A DNA stretch of 64,000 nt from Legionella sp. (GTDB lineage Bacteria > Pseudomonadota > Gammaproteobacteria > Legionellales > Legionellaceae): the NCBI GenBank assembly GCA_002786205.1, contig PEQM01000033.1, positions 18,868 to 82,867 of the forward strand, given 5' to 3'. Every line of letters starts with the position of its first letter. Position 1 is the first letter of the stretch. The position numbers and the translations under genes are program-made. The notes below the pieces were generated by a model. That model saw nothing but the letters and a program-made list of their open reading frames with translations. It did not search any database and had not been told where the DNA came from. Below, piece after piece: positions 32,175 through 42,424 of this stretch.

Positions 32175-32263
32175 ATTAACCATAAAAGCTAAACTCGGCG
32201 TCATTATAAGACCTGAAATACTTGTCATCGAACCTTATACTTAGTCTCATCCAGATTTTCTTT

Positions 32264-32998
32264 CTAAGCGGATGAGGCTTTAAGTAAACCCGGATAATCA
32301 CTAAAAATACTGTCCACGCCCCATGACAATAATTGCTGTGCACGTTTTTTCTTATTCACAGTATATGCGCACACCCTATAGCCCTTGTTTTTTATTTGTT
32401 TAACCCGCTCGTTGGTTAAGATTTTATGATTTAAATGAACAGAATAACAATGCAATTGTTGTGCTTTTTCAAACCAGCTGGAGTCCCATTTATGCAATAA
32501 AAAACCTAAAGGTCTATGAGGTGCTATTGATTTACAGTACAGCAATACTTCCCAGGAAAAACTGGAAATTAAAAGACCCGATTTATTTGCTGGCCAATAA
32601 TGATTTAATAAAGACAGCACCGTTTGAGTGGTTTCTCTTTCCGTCCCCGAAAAAGGTTTAATTTCCACATTGGCGCACATGCCCATTGCATCTATCCATT
32701 GAATCAAATCAACCAACAGAGGAATAGGCTCTTTAGCAAAGGATTTGGAAAACCACAATCCAGCATCCAATCCTTTCAAATAATCTGCACTCACCTGACC
32801 TACTTTTCCTTTGCCATTCGTTGTTCTTGTTAAAGTGTCATCATGAATAATAAAAGGAACACCATCCTGACTGCACATGACATCAAACTCAATCCAGCGG
32901 CACCCTAATTCGTAAGCCTTCATAAATGAAGCCATGGTGTTTTCAGGAGCGTAAGCACAAGCCCCTCTGTGACCAATTACCGATTCTAAAATAAGCAT
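32264..32998 (-). CDS. ugpQ: Glycerophosphodiester phosphodiesterase
   Basis: IGHRGACAYAPENT, IEFDV, IHDDTLTRTT, NVEIK, SDYP. Confidence 0.9.
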   Translation of the reverse strand: MLILESVIGHRGACAYAPENTMASFMKAYELGCRWIEFDVMCSQDGVPFIIHDDTLTRTTNGKGKVGQVSADYLKGLDAGLWFSKSFAKEPIPLLVDLIQWIDAMGMCANVEIKPFSGTERETTQTVLSLLNHYWPANKSGLLISSFSWEVLLYCKSIAPHRPLGFLLHKWDSSWFEKAQQLHCYSVHLNHKILTNERVKQIKNKGYRVCAYTVNKKKRAQQLLSWGVDSIFSDYPGLLKASSA

Positions 32999-33155
32999 AT
33001 TATTCCTCTGAATTTCTACAATTATAGTGCCATAAAAAATAGAGATCTGAAATCTTGCTGTCTTTATTGCACCAAAAACTCCTTATTATTTTCCTGACGA
33101 ACCAGGTGAAGATTGATATACTATAAAAATCTTGGATACTTAATGTGGAGCTGAA

Positions 33156-34226
33156 ATGAATGCGGTTGAAACACTAATAAACAATAACACGCTGTCAGAC
33201 GAGGATTTTCTTGACTATGCCTTAACGCATGGTTTTGGCGACTTACATTTTAAAGTAGATTCAGCAACAGGGATGAAAGCAATCATTGCCATTCATAACA
33301 CCAAATTAGGCCCCGCTTTAGGCGGTTGTCGATTTATTGAATACCCCTCTATTCAAGCAGCGATTCAAGATGCTATGCGCCTTGCGCGCGGGATGAGTTA
33401 TAAGGCAGCATTGGCAAATTTGCCGCTTGGTGGCGGCAAAGCAGTCATCATCAAACCGCAAGGCACCTTTGATAGAACCGCCTACATGCACCGTTTTGGC
33501 GCTTTTGTAAATGAATTGAATGGTCGATATATCACTGCCTTGGACAGTGGCACTATTTTAGAAGATATGGATGTCATTGCAGAACACACGCCCTACGTAG
33601 CCAGCCTTTCCAAATATCAAGGAGACCCATCTCCCTCTACGGCCTTGGGCGTATTACGCGGCATCCAGGCGGCTGTTGCTTTTAAACTAAATAAAGACAG
33701 TCTCAAAGGATTACATATAGCCATTCAAGGTTTAGGCCATGTAGGCTATAACCTCGCAAGCTATTTGCATCAGCTCGGTGCCCGCTTGACTGTCGCAGAT
33801 ATTTCTTCAGCGCGGGTAGAACAAGCGGTAGCTGAGTTTGGAGCCAATGCTGTTGAAACTTCTTTAATTCATAAAGTACCTTGCGACGTGTTTTCACCCT
33901 GTGCTTTAGGGGCGATTTTAAACAAAGACAGCATTCCACAATTACAAACTACTATTGTTGCTGGCGCTGCAAACAATCAGTTAGCACACAGCAGAGAGGG
34001 GCAGCTGTTACATGATAAAGGCATCTTGTTTGCGCCTGATTATGTTATCAATGCAGGTGGACTAATTTTTGCTGCAGCGAAGTATTTGCATACGCCTGAT
34101 GAAAACATCACCCAACAAATTGATGGCATTTATACTTCTTTAACTAAAATATTCACCTATTCCGCCCAAAAGAATAGTCCTGTAAATGAAATAGCCGATA
34201 CCTTGGCAAAGGAATGTCTGGCTTGA
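33156..34226 (+). CDS. Glu/Leu/Phe/Val dehydrogenase (leucine dehydrogenase-like)
   Basis: LGPALGGCR, GMSYKAA..LPLGGGKAV, QGLGHVG, GAANNQL, PDYVINAGG. Confidence 0.93.
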   Translation: MNAVETLINNNTLSDEDFLDYALTHGFGDLHFKVDSATGMKAIIAIHNTKLGPALGGCRFIEYPSIQAAIQDAMRLARGMSYKAALANLPLGGGKAVIIKPQGTFDRTAYMHRFGAFVNELNGRYITALDSGTILEDMDVIAEHTPYVASLSKYQGDPSPSTALGVLRGIQAAVAFKLNKDSLKGLHIAIQGLGHVGYNLASYLHQLGARLTVADISSARVEQAVAEFGANAVETSLIHKVPCDVFSPCALGAILNKDSIPQLQTTIVAGAANNQLAHSREGQLLHDKGILFAPDYVINAGGLIFAAAKYLHTPDENITQQIDGIYTSLTKIFTYSAQKNSPVNEIADTLAKECLA

Positions 34227-34239
34227 ATTTGAGAGAACA

Positions 34240-34896
34240 ATGAAACAATTGCCTTTAACTGATGAATTATATGAATACGTGCTGGATAAATCGCTTCTGG
34301 AGCATCCTGTTTTAAGCGAATTACGCCAGGAAACAGCCAAGATGGAATTGGCTGCGATGCAAATTGCGCCTGAGCAGGGGCAATTTATGCAGTTTTTATT
34401 ACATAGTATTCAAGCAGAACGTGTTTTAGAATTGGGAACTTTTACAGGTTATAGTGCTTTGGCAATGTCTTTAGCACTTCCCGATCATGGCAAAGTCATC
34501 ACTTGCGACATCAGTGCGCAATGGACAAAAAATGCAGCTTCTTACTGGAAAAAAGCACAACAGGAGCATAAGATTGAATTACGCTTAGGTCCTGCTTTAG
34601 AATCTTTGTATATTTTATTAAACGAAGGCTGGCAGCATTCCTTTGATTTTATTTTTATTGATGCCGATAAAACAAACTATATTGAATATTATGAACTGGC
34701 ATTAAAACTGATTAAACCCAAAGGAATTATAGCGATTGATAATGTCTTATGGGGTGGCAAAGTGATTGACCCTCTTGATACTGGAAGTCAAACACGAGAA
34801 ATTAGAAAACTAAACGACCATATAAAGCAAGACCAACGTGTTTATATCAGCCTGTTACCTATAGCCGATGGATTATTTTTAGTCCGTCCTAAATAA
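34240..34896 (+). CDS. Class I SAM-dependent O-methyltransferase (CCoAOMT-like)
   Basis: VLELGTFTGYS, FDFIFIDADK, IDNVLWGG, ADGL. Confidence 0.92.
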   Translation: MKQLPLTDELYEYVLDKSLLEHPVLSELRQETAKMELAAMQIAPEQGQFMQFLLHSIQAERVLELGTFTGYSALAMSLALPDHGKVITCDISAQWTKNAASYWKKAQQEHKIELRLGPALESLYILLNEGWQHSFDFIFIDADKTNYIEYYELALKLIKPKGIIAIDNVLWGGKVIDPLDTGSQTREIRKLNDHIKQDQRVYISLLPIADGLFLVRPK

Positions 34897-34908
34897 AAAA
34901 CCAGACCA

Positions 34909-34945
34909 TAGGCCTCTTCGGCAGCAGGGTTTCCGAAGAGATCTA
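34909..34945. repeat. Collapsed RPE-like palindrome (termini only)
   Basis: TAGGCCTCTTCGG-cagcagggttt-CCGAAGAGATCTA resembles the TAGACCTCTT...AAGAGGTCTA RPE termini. Confidence 0.5.
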
Positions 34946-35029
34946 ATGAAAAAAATGTCTTAGACTTGCTTTCATGGCTGTATACAAAACATGATGTTAC
35001 AACAACGCTATGCACTAAAAGGAGAGTTT

Positions 35030-36076
35030 ATGCATACTGACGAGAACCCTTGTGGACTAGATGGTTTTGCTTTTTTAGAATTTTCAGGCCCAGATAAAGA
35101 CTACCTGTGCCAACAATTAATTAAAATGGGATTTCATCCTGCTGCAACGCATCGTCATGCAGACATTACCCTCTTTAAACAGGGCAATATCTCTTTTATT
35201 GTTAATGCAAGCTCGCACAGCCAAGCACAACGTCACGCCCAAACCCATGGACCGGGTGCTTGCGCTATGGGATTTAAAGTAAAAGACGCACAAAAAGCAC
35301 TGGCTCATGCCTTAGCTAAGGGCGCCACTCCTTTTGAAGACCAATCTGCAGCACCGCATCACTTACCTGCCATCGAAGGCATTGGTGGCAGTGTCATCTA
35401 CTTTGTCGATGATACCAATCAACCTTTTGGAGGCGATTGGCATACAAACACCCAGGAAGAAATCCTCGGAAATGGTTTAGTTACTATTGATCATCTGACT
35501 CACAATGTCATCAGAGGCACCATGGATCAATGGGCTCATTTTTATCAATCTATTTTTAATTTTAAAGAAATTCGTTTTTTTAATATCAAAGGCAAAATGA
35601 CCGCCCTGATTAGTAGAGCCCTTGCCAGTCCTTGTGGAAAGATAAAAATTCCATTAAATGAATCACAAGATGATCGTTCACAAATTGAAGAATTTTTACA
35701 TGAATACAAAGGGGAAGGCATACAGCATATTGCTTTAACTACCGATAACATCTATCACACTGTGCACTCGCTAAGACATCAAGGCGTTTCTTTTCTTAGT
35801 ACACCAGACACTTACTATGAAATGATTCAAGAGCGATTGCCCTGGCATACAGAACCGCTGCATCAACTACAAGAAGAAAAAATTTTAATTGATGGTGAAC
35901 AAGAGTCTCAATATGGCTTGTTATTACAGATTTTTACTGAAAATACATTTGGACCAGTTTTTTTTGAAATCATTCAAAGAAAAGGCAATGAAGGTTTTGG
36001 TGAGGGGAATTTTCAAGCGCTATTTGAAGCCATAGAGCGCGATCAGATAAAAAGAGGCACGTTAAAAGCCAATTGA
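35030..36076 (+). CDS. hppD: 4-hydroxyphenylpyruvate dioxygenase (legiolysin)
   Basis: NPCGLDGFAFLEF, IDHLTHNV, GEGIQHIAL, FFEIIQRKGNEGFGEGNFQALFEAIE. Confidence 0.97.
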   Translation: MHTDENPCGLDGFAFLEFSGPDKDYLCQQLIKMGFHPAATHRHADITLFKQGNISFIVNASSHSQAQRHAQTHGPGACAMGFKVKDAQKALAHALAKGATPFEDQSAAPHHLPAIEGIGGSVIYFVDDTNQPFGGDWHTNTQEEILGNGLVTIDHLTHNVIRGTMDQWAHFYQSIFNFKEIRFFNIKGKMTALISRALASPCGKIKIPLNESQDDRSQIEEFLHEYKGEGIQHIALTTDNIYHTVHSLRHQGVSFLSTPDTYYEMIQERLPWHTEPLHQLQEEKILIDGEQESQYGLLLQIFTENTFGPVFFEIIQRKGNEGFGEGNFQALFEAIERDQIKRGTLKAN

Positions 36077-36104
36077 GAAAACTACTTTTGAGGATGAATC
36101 GCTT

Positions 36105-37100
36105 ATGAAACTGGCTACTTTAAAATCACCGCTTGCACGAGATGGTGTACTTTGCGTTGTTAATCGGGCGCTCACTAAAGCCATTCAAGTACCTCATATT
36201 GCCCCCACTTTGCAATACGCGCTGGACCATTGGAAAACAACAGCACCCTTGCTACAAGAGATTTATGACTCATTAAATAAAGACTTATTAGCAGAGGCCA
36301 TCACTTTTTCCAGCCAGCAATGCAGCGCGCCCCTGCCGCGCGCCTACCAATGGGCTGATGGCAGTGCTTATGTCAATCATGTCGAGTTAGTGCGCAAGGC
36401 ACGAGGGGCTGTATTACCCGAACAATTTTGGGTTGACCCACTCATGTACCAAGGTGGTTCTGATGGGTTTATTGGTCCTAATGATCCTGTTTTCGTCCGT
36501 GATGAAGCTTATGGTATCGATTTTGAAGCAGAAATTGCCGTCATTACCGATGATGTACCGATGGCCGTCACAGCGGACGAGGCAAGCCAACATATTGTAT
36601 TGTTTGTCTTGGTGAATGATGTGTCTTTACGTCACCTCATTCCCGATGAGCTGGCTAAAGGCTTTGGCTTTTTTCATTCCAAACCAGCTAGCAGCTTTTC
36701 TCCAGTAGCCATCACACCAGATGAATTAGGCATACATTGGGATGGAAAAAAAGTACACCTGCCTCTACTAAGTTATTTAAATAAGCAGTTATTTGGCCAA
36801 CCCAATGCTGGGGTGGACATGACTTTTTCTTTTCCTCAACTCATAAGTCACGCCGCAAAAACAAGAACATTAGGCGCAGGAACTATTATTGGATCTGGGA
36901 CTGTCTCTAATCAAGACCGAAGCAAAGGGTCGTCTTGTATTGCCGAACGAAGAATGCTGGAACTCATTGAATCAGGTGAAGCCATGACTCCTTTTATGCG
37001 TTTTGAAGACCATATTCGTATAGAAATGCTTGATGAACAGGGACAAACCCTGTTTGGCGCCATAGATCAAACCATCAAACCTTACCAGAGTCTCGCATGA
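36105..37100 (+). CDS. Fumarylacetoacetate hydrolase family protein
   Basis: PLPRAYQWADGSAY, IDFEAE, NDVSLR, GSGTVSN. Lies between hppD and maiA. Confidence 0.92.
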   Translation: MKLATLKSPLARDGVLCVVNRALTKAIQVPHIAPTLQYALDHWKTTAPLLQEIYDSLNKDLLAEAITFSSQQCSAPLPRAYQWADGSAYVNHVELVRKARGAVLPEQFWVDPLMYQGGSDGFIGPNDPVFVRDEAYGIDFEAEIAVITDDVPMAVTADEASQHIVLFVLVNDVSLRHLIPDELAKGFGFFHSKPASSFSPVAITPDELGIHWDGKKVHLPLLSYLNKQLFGQPNAGVDMTFSFPQLISHAAKTRTLGAGTIIGSGTVSNQDRSKGSSCIAERRMLELIESGEAMTPFMRFEDHIRIEMLDEQGQTLFGAIDQTIKPYQSLA

Positions 37101-37723
37101 TCCTTTATGACTATTTTCGATCTACTGCCTGCTACCGTGTGCGTATCGCTTTAAATATAAAACAGCTGGCTTATGAAAAAGTGAGTGTGCATCTAATTAA
37201 TAATGACGGTGAGCAGCACAGCCCCTTTTATCATCAAATAAACCCTCAAGAATTGGTCCCTAGCCTGGAGGACCATGGGCAAATAATACATCAGTCACTG
37301 GCCATCATTGAATATTTAGACGCACGCTACCCAGAAAAGCCTTTACTTCCAGACAGTTTATTGGATAAAGCGCATGTCCGCTCTTTAGCATTGCTTATTG
37401 CTTGTGATATCCACCCTTTAAATAATTTACGAGCCCTAAACTGCCTAAAAACATCTTTTTCTGCTTCAGAGCCACAAATACAAGCATGGTACCATCATTG
37501 GTTACGCTTAGGCTTTGATGCCTTTGAAGAAAAATTAAAACAGTTTCAACGCACGAAGCCTGTATGTTTTGGTGACGCGCCTACCCTGGCTGATTTATGT
37601 CTTATCCCTCAAGTATACAATGCCCATCGTTTTAATTTCTGTATGGACAATTATCCTTTAATCAATCAAATCAACGCATACTGCCTTAGTTTACCTGCTT
37701 TTAAATTGGCTGCACCGGATTGA
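37097..37723 (+). CDS. maiA: Maleylacetoacetate isomerase
   Basis: LYDYFRSTACYRVRIAL, QSLAIIEYL, IACDIHPLNNLR. Confidence 0.95.
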   Translation: MILYDYFRSTACYRVRIALNIKQLAYEKVSVHLINNDGEQHSPFYHQINPQELVPSLEDHGQIIHQSLAIIEYLDARYPEKPLLPDSLLDKAHVRSLALLIACDIHPLNNLRALNCLKTSFSASEPQIQAWYHHWLRLGFDAFEEKLKQFQRTKPVCFGDAPTLADLCLIPQVYNAHRFNFCMDNYPLINQINAYCLSLPAFKLAAPD

Positions 37724-37726
37724 TAA

Positions 37727-38287
37727 TCAAAACCAGGCTCTTTTAAGTTGCGCCGTCACCACTTGTTGTGATGTTTTTTCTAACATACTCCATGCCGGAT
37801 CACAGCGCTGAATTCGGCCAATCAAAATGTTCTTGCTGGCACAGCGATACCGCACCGGTAATGAGTCATATACTTCTCCTGCTTCTATTGCCTGACATTT
37901 ATCACCGTCAATAAGCTCAATAGCCCAAGGAAAAGTACGAGACATATCTAGCAATTCATGGCCTTCATTGTTTAGTGCGCTGCTTACTTCAATTTGCACA
38001 TTTTCGTTTGACCACGGTGATTGGGGGCATAAAAGATTTTTCTGCCTGGGTGCTGCTTTAACAAAACAAGGATCAAAAACCACACCTTGCGCATGACAAC
38101 GCCAAGCATCCTCACGCACAATGTATTTAGACTGAGACAAACAATCTCCTTGCAACGTACGGGTAATTATCCGTTTATTATTTTCTGTATCATCCCCAAA
38201 AGGTCTATATAATTTTAATATCGTATCCTCTGCTTGCACCATAAAAGAGAATAAAAGTAAGACAAGAAATAAAAGACTTCGCCTCAT
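37727..38287 (-). CDS. Secreted Cys-containing hypothetical protein
   Basis: Signal peptide MRRSLLFLVLLLFSFMVQA and several paired Cys. Likely ATG at 38287. Confidence 0.75.
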   Translation of the reverse strand: MRRSLLFLVLLLFSFMVQAEDTILKLYRPFGDDTENNKRIITRTLQGDCLSQSKYIVREDAWRCHAQGVVFDPCFVKAAPRQKNLLCPQSPWSNENVQIEVSSALNNEGHELLDMSRTFPWAIELIDGDKCQAIEAGEVYDSLPVRYRCASKNILIGRIQRCDPAWSMLEKTSQQVVTAQLKRAWF

Positions 38288-38347
38288 GCTGTTCCCCCTA
38301 CATTTTTTTAGTGTATCATCGCATTTTAGATGTGAATTTTGGAGTAT

Positions 38348-39754
38348 ATGATGACAGAAATAGTGGCTATAAAACACTGTTTAGAAGGTAAAATAGCAGT
38401 TGAGAGCACGATAACTGTTCGTGGATGGGTTAAAACGCGTCGCGATTCTAAAGCCGGATTGTCTTTTATCAGCCTGCATGATGGCTCTTGTTTTGCGCCT
38501 ATTCAAATTGTTGCGACCGACACCTTGGTTAATTATCATGATGAAATAGTCAAACTCAATGCAGGCTGCTCTCTAATAGCTACGGGCAAGCTGGTTGCAT
38601 CGCAAGGAAAAGGACAATCTTTTGAAATGCAAGCGGAACAAATTGAGGTCAGTGGCTGGGTAGAAAATCCTGACAGCTACCCTATTCAGGCCAAACGTCA
38701 TACGCTAGAGTTTTTAAGAGAAGTCGCCCATTTACGCCCTAGAACCAATACCATCAGCGCGGTCACTCGTATTCGCCATTGTCTGGCTCAAGCGGTTCAT
38801 CGCTTTTTTCATGAACGCGGCTTTTTCTGGGTTCACACCCCGATTATTACCAGCAGTGATTGTGAAGGTGCAGGTGAAATGTTTCGTATTTCTACCTTGG
38901 ATTTGATGAACATTCCCAAAAATCAGCAAGGACAAGTAGACTTTACTAAAGATTTTTTTGGTAAGGAAACCTTTCTTACTGTATCAGGGCAACTCAATGT
39001 TGAAGCCTATTGTATGGCCATGTCTAAAGTCTATACTTTTGGCCCTACTTTTAGAGCTGAAAATTCCAATACCAGTCGTCACTTGGCTGAGTTTTGGATG
39101 ATAGAGCCAGAGCTTGCTTTTGCTAATTTGGATGACATGTGTGAGTTGAGCCAAAATCTGTTACGTTATCTGTGTAAGACTGTTCTGGATGAACGAGCTG
39201 ATGATTTGGCCTTTTTCAATCAATTTGTTGATACGACCTGTTTGCAACGTCTGGAGCAAATGGCCCATGCTGATTTTGAAATCATGACCTACACAGATGC
39301 CATTCACCATCTGCAAGCCTCTGGGCAAAGTTTTGATTACCCTATCAGTTGGGGTGTAGACCTACAGTCAGAGCACGAACGTTATCTGGCGGAAACCTTT
39401 TGTAAAAAACCCGTTATTTTAACCAATTACCCCAAAGACATTAAAAGCTTCTACATGCGCCTTAATGAGGATGAAAAAACAGTAGCCGCCATGGATGTAC
39501 TCGCTCCTGGAATTGGTGAAATCATCGGTGGAAGCCAAAGAGAAGAGCGCTTGCATGTTTTAGACCAACGCATGGATGAGTGCGGATTAAATAAAGAATA
39601 TTATTCATGGTATCGTGATTTGCGCCGCTATGGTACCGTGCCCCATGCAGGATTTGGTTTAGGTTTTGAGCGATTAATTAGTTACGTAACGGGTATTAAT
39701 AACGTAAGAGATGTCATTCCCTTCCCTCGCACACCAGGACATGCAGATTATTAA
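38348..39754 (+). CDS. asnS: Asparagine--tRNA ligase
   Basis: [45 protein letters not shown]. Confidence 0.98.
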   Translation: MMTEIVAIKHCLEGKIAVESTITVRGWVKTRRDSKAGLSFISLHDGSCFAPIQIVATDTLVNYHDEIVKLNAGCSLIATGKLVASQGKGQSFEMQAEQIEVSGWVENPDSYPIQAKRHTLEFLREVAHLRPRTNTISAVTRIRHCLAQAVHRFFHERGFFWVHTPIITSSDCEGAGEMFRISTLDLMNIPKNQQGQVDFTKDFFGKETFLTVSGQLNVEAYCMAMSKVYTFGPTFRAENSNTSRHLAEFWMIEPELAFANLDDMCELSQNLLRYLCKTVLDERADDLAFFNQFVDTTCLQRLEQMAHADFEIMTYTDAIHHLQASGQSFDYPISWGVDLQSEHERYLAETFCKKPVILTNYPKDIKSFYMRLNEDEKTVAAMDVLAPGIGEIIGGSQREERLHVLDQRMDECGLNKEYYSWYRDLRRYGTVPHAGFGLGFERLISYVTGINNVRDVIPFPRTPGHADY

Positions 39755-39779
39755 TGATCTGACAACACAATGCGGCTGT

Positions 39780-40481
39780 CTATAGCGCCGCATTGTGTTC
39801 ATTTTGTACGATTAAAGACCCTTCATGCAATATTAAGACCTTGTCCATCCGGTGCGCCAATTCCACATCATGGGTAACAATAATCAATGCGGTATCTCTT
39901 TGCCTATTGAGAGCTAACATCATGTCAAAAACTTTATGTGCTGTTTTTTGATCCAAATTCCCAGTCGGCTCATCGGCCAAAACACATTGCGGTTGATGTA
40001 CTAAAGCACGTGCTATCGCTACACGCTGCCGCTCACCTCCTGATAGCTGAGCAGGTTTATGCTCTTGTCTTGATTGAAGCCCAACCTGCTCTAAAATAGC
40101 AGCCGATTGTTTTTGTGCCTCATGTACATCCATTCCAGACAGCAATAGAGGCATGGCGACATTTTCCAAAGCGGTAAACTCTGGCAATAAATGGTGAAAT
40201 TGATAAATAAAGCCAAGCTTTTTATTGCGCAATTGGCATCGCTGCTTTTCACTAACCCCTTGCCAATTAATCTGATCCAGACAGACAGTACCAAAAGAAG
40301 GCTTGTCCAGCCCCCCCAAAAGATGAAGCAAAGTACTTTTTCCTGAACCAGAAGGTCCAATAATAGCCAAGCGCTCGCCTTTACTAATAGAAAGATTGAT
40401 CTTTTTTAATACTTCTACTTTGGTTGCGCCATCGTTATATGACTTATATAAATCTTCACTTTTTAAAATAAAATCATTCAT
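39780..40481 (-). CDS. lolD: Lipoprotein-releasing ABC ATPase LolD
   Basis: [45 protein letters not shown]. Confidence 0.95.
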   Translation of the reverse strand: MNDFILKSEDLYKSYNDGATKVEVLKKINLSISKGERLAIIGPSGSGKSTLLHLLGGLDKPSFGTVCLDQINWQGVSEKQRCQLRNKKLGFIYQFHHLLPEFTALENVAMPLLLSGMDVHEAQKQSAAILEQVGLQSRQEHKPAQLSGGERQRVAIARALVHQPQCVLADEPTGNLDQKTAHKVFDMMLALNRQRDTALIIVTHDVELAHRMDKVLILHEGSLIVQNEHNAAL

Positions 40482-41718
40482 AGTGTAATGCTTCCGCAAT
40501 CATGGTTTTTGAAGCGCGCCAGGCGGGATAAATGGTTGCAGCAAAACTCATGAGTAATGCCATAACACACACTTGCCATAAATCACTCCATAAAATATGT
40601 GAAGGCAAATAATCAACAAAATAAATACTGGAGGACAAAACCTTAACGTGAAATACCGATTGCAGCCAATTCACTATCGCTGTCGCATTTTTAGCAAGAA
40701 CAATACCTCCCGCCAAACCAGACAAAGTACCCACTATACCGACCATCATGCCTTGCACTATAAAAATCCATAAGATAGTAGCAGGGGTAGCACCTATCGT
40801 TCTTAATATGGCAATTTCTGCCTGTTTGTCGTTAACTACCATCACCAAAGAAGAAACAAGATTAAATGCAGCTACAGCTATAATGAGTAGCAAGATCATA
40901 AACATCATGGTTTTTTCCATTTTGACAGCCTGAAAAAAAGCACCAAATTGTTGAGTCCAATTTCCTACTTGATAAGCCTCACCTAAAATAGAAGACAATT
41001 GCGCACTAAGCTCAGGAGCTTGATACACACTATTAATTTTCAATTTAATGCCACTAACATCGGCTCCCAACTGCATTAATTTTTGTGCATCATTTAAAGA
41101 AGTGAAAGCCAACTTGGTGTCAAAATTAAAGCCTGAGCCTGCAGAAAAAATACCTGCTACTGTAAACCGTTTAAAGCGAGGAATCATACCTGCGGGAGTC
41201 ACTGTAGCCTGCGGAATCATAATCGTTATTTTATCCCCTAGCATAACCCCTAGACTGTCAGCCAATCCCTTGCCCAGAAGAATACCAAAATGATTTAAAT
41301 CACCCATGGAGCCCGCAATAAGTTTCTTATTCAAATGAGTCACTGACTCTTCTAACTGGGGGTCAATGCCTGTTAATATGATTGGCAACACCTGCCCTTC
41401 ATAAGTTAATAGACCTTGCCCTGCGACATAAGGTGCTAAAGCCTGAATTCCAGCGACATGCTGCACTTTTCTGGCTACAGATTTCCAATCACTTAATCGA
41501 TCATCTATCCCTGTCACCGTAATTTCTGGCGCCATGCCAAAAAAACGTTTATGAATTTCCATATCAAATCCATTCATGACTGATAAAACGGTAATCAGCA
41601 CCATCACTCCCAAGCCTATACCTAACATAGAACTTAAAGAAATGAAGGAAACAAAATGATTTTTCTTTTTAGAACGCGTATAGCGTAACCCTATAAATAG
41701 AGCCAGTGGTTTAAACAT
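40474..41718 (-). CDS. lolE: Lipoprotein-releasing ABC permease LolE/LolC
   Basis: [38 protein letters not shown]. Confidence 0.9.
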   Translation of the reverse strand: MFKPLALFIGLRYTRSKKKNHFVSFISLSSMLGIGLGVMVLITVLSVMNGFDMEIHKRFFGMAPEITVTGIDDRLSDWKSVARKVQHVAGIQALAPYVAGQGLLTYEGQVLPIILTGIDPQLEESVTHLNKKLIAGSMGDLNHFGILLGKGLADSLGVMLGDKITIMIPQATVTPAGMIPRFKRFTVAGIFSAGSGFNFDTKLAFTSLNDAQKLMQLGADVSGIKLKINSVYQAPELSAQLSSILGEAYQVGNWTQQFGAFFQAVKMEKTMMFMILLLIIAVAAFNLVSSLVMVVNDKQAEIAILRTIGATPATILWIFIVQGMMVGIVGTLSGLAGGIVLAKNATAIVNWLQSVFHVKVLSSSIYFVDYLPSHILWSDLWQVCVMALLMSFAATIYPAWRASKTMIAEALHYE

Positions 41719-41842
41719 AAAGAGAATTATTTAGAATAAAATTCTATTGTACAGCAGTTAGAAAAAACTCCAAGAATTATATAGCGGAAGAACCTAACTC
41801 AAGCTTGTAATTTCATGATAAAATTACCTTTTATTCAACACC

Positions 41843-42034
41843 ATGGATACTCTTATGTTTGAGGCAGAAATAATGATTGCCGGATATACTGTTGTAGTTG
41901 TTGCATGCTCTCTAAGTCTTGCTGCTTTGTTATGGAGAAAAAAAATCAAGGCGCTTCAAAAGGAAATTAGCTACCTCAAAACCTGTTTGTCCTTGAAAAA
42001 TGAACCGCAGCAAAATATAAATCAACCTGATTGA
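41843..42034 (+). CDS. Small single-TM hypothetical protein
   Basis: Hydrophobic stretch followed by WRKK and a short coiled-coil-like tail. Directly upstream of the GIY-YIG gene. Confidence 0.5.
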   Translation: MDTLMFEAEIMIAGYTVVVVACSLSLAALLWRKKIKALQKEISYLKTCLSLKNEPQQNINQPD

Positions 42035-42038
42035 GTCT

Positions 42039-42332
42039 ATGTCTAAAAAAACTTATTGGGTATACATATTACAATGTAGCAACCAAACTTATTACACTGG
42101 TTACACAGACAATCTTGAAAAGCGCTTTCAAAATCATCTGGCAGGAAAAGCAAGCAAATACACCAGAAGCTTTAAAGCGGTTGCAATTGCTCAAAGCTGG
42201 GAAATATCCGGAGATAAAAAAAAAGCCATGCGCATTGAGCGTTATATTAAAACGCTTTCCAAAACACAAAAAGAAAACATCATCCAAAACCCTAATTCAG
42301 AATTGATAACACACCTGCTTTTAACTGAATAA
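42039..42332 (+). CDS. GIY-YIG nuclease family protein (YhbQ/UPF0213-like)
   Basis: YWVYILQCSNQTYYTGYTDNLEKRFQNH..GKASKYTRS; AMRIERYIK. Confidence 0.9.
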   Translation: MSKKTYWVYILQCSNQTYYTGYTDNLEKRFQNHLAGKASKYTRSFKAVAIAQSWEISGDKKKAMRIERYIKTLSKTQKENIIQNPNSELITHLLLTE

Positions 42333-42424
42333 ACAGGCGCGTTAAAACTCAATGGAGATGGCCGCTTTAAGACGTTCTACAACGTTAGGAAATTCTGCAT
42401 CCCTTACAAAGAGCATCTATGTGT

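Noticed and set aside
42039-42332. GIY-YIG nuclease as a possible mobiliser of the palindromic repeats
   Set aside because: No repeat copies flank it, and it looks like an ordinary stand-alone YhbQ-type gene.
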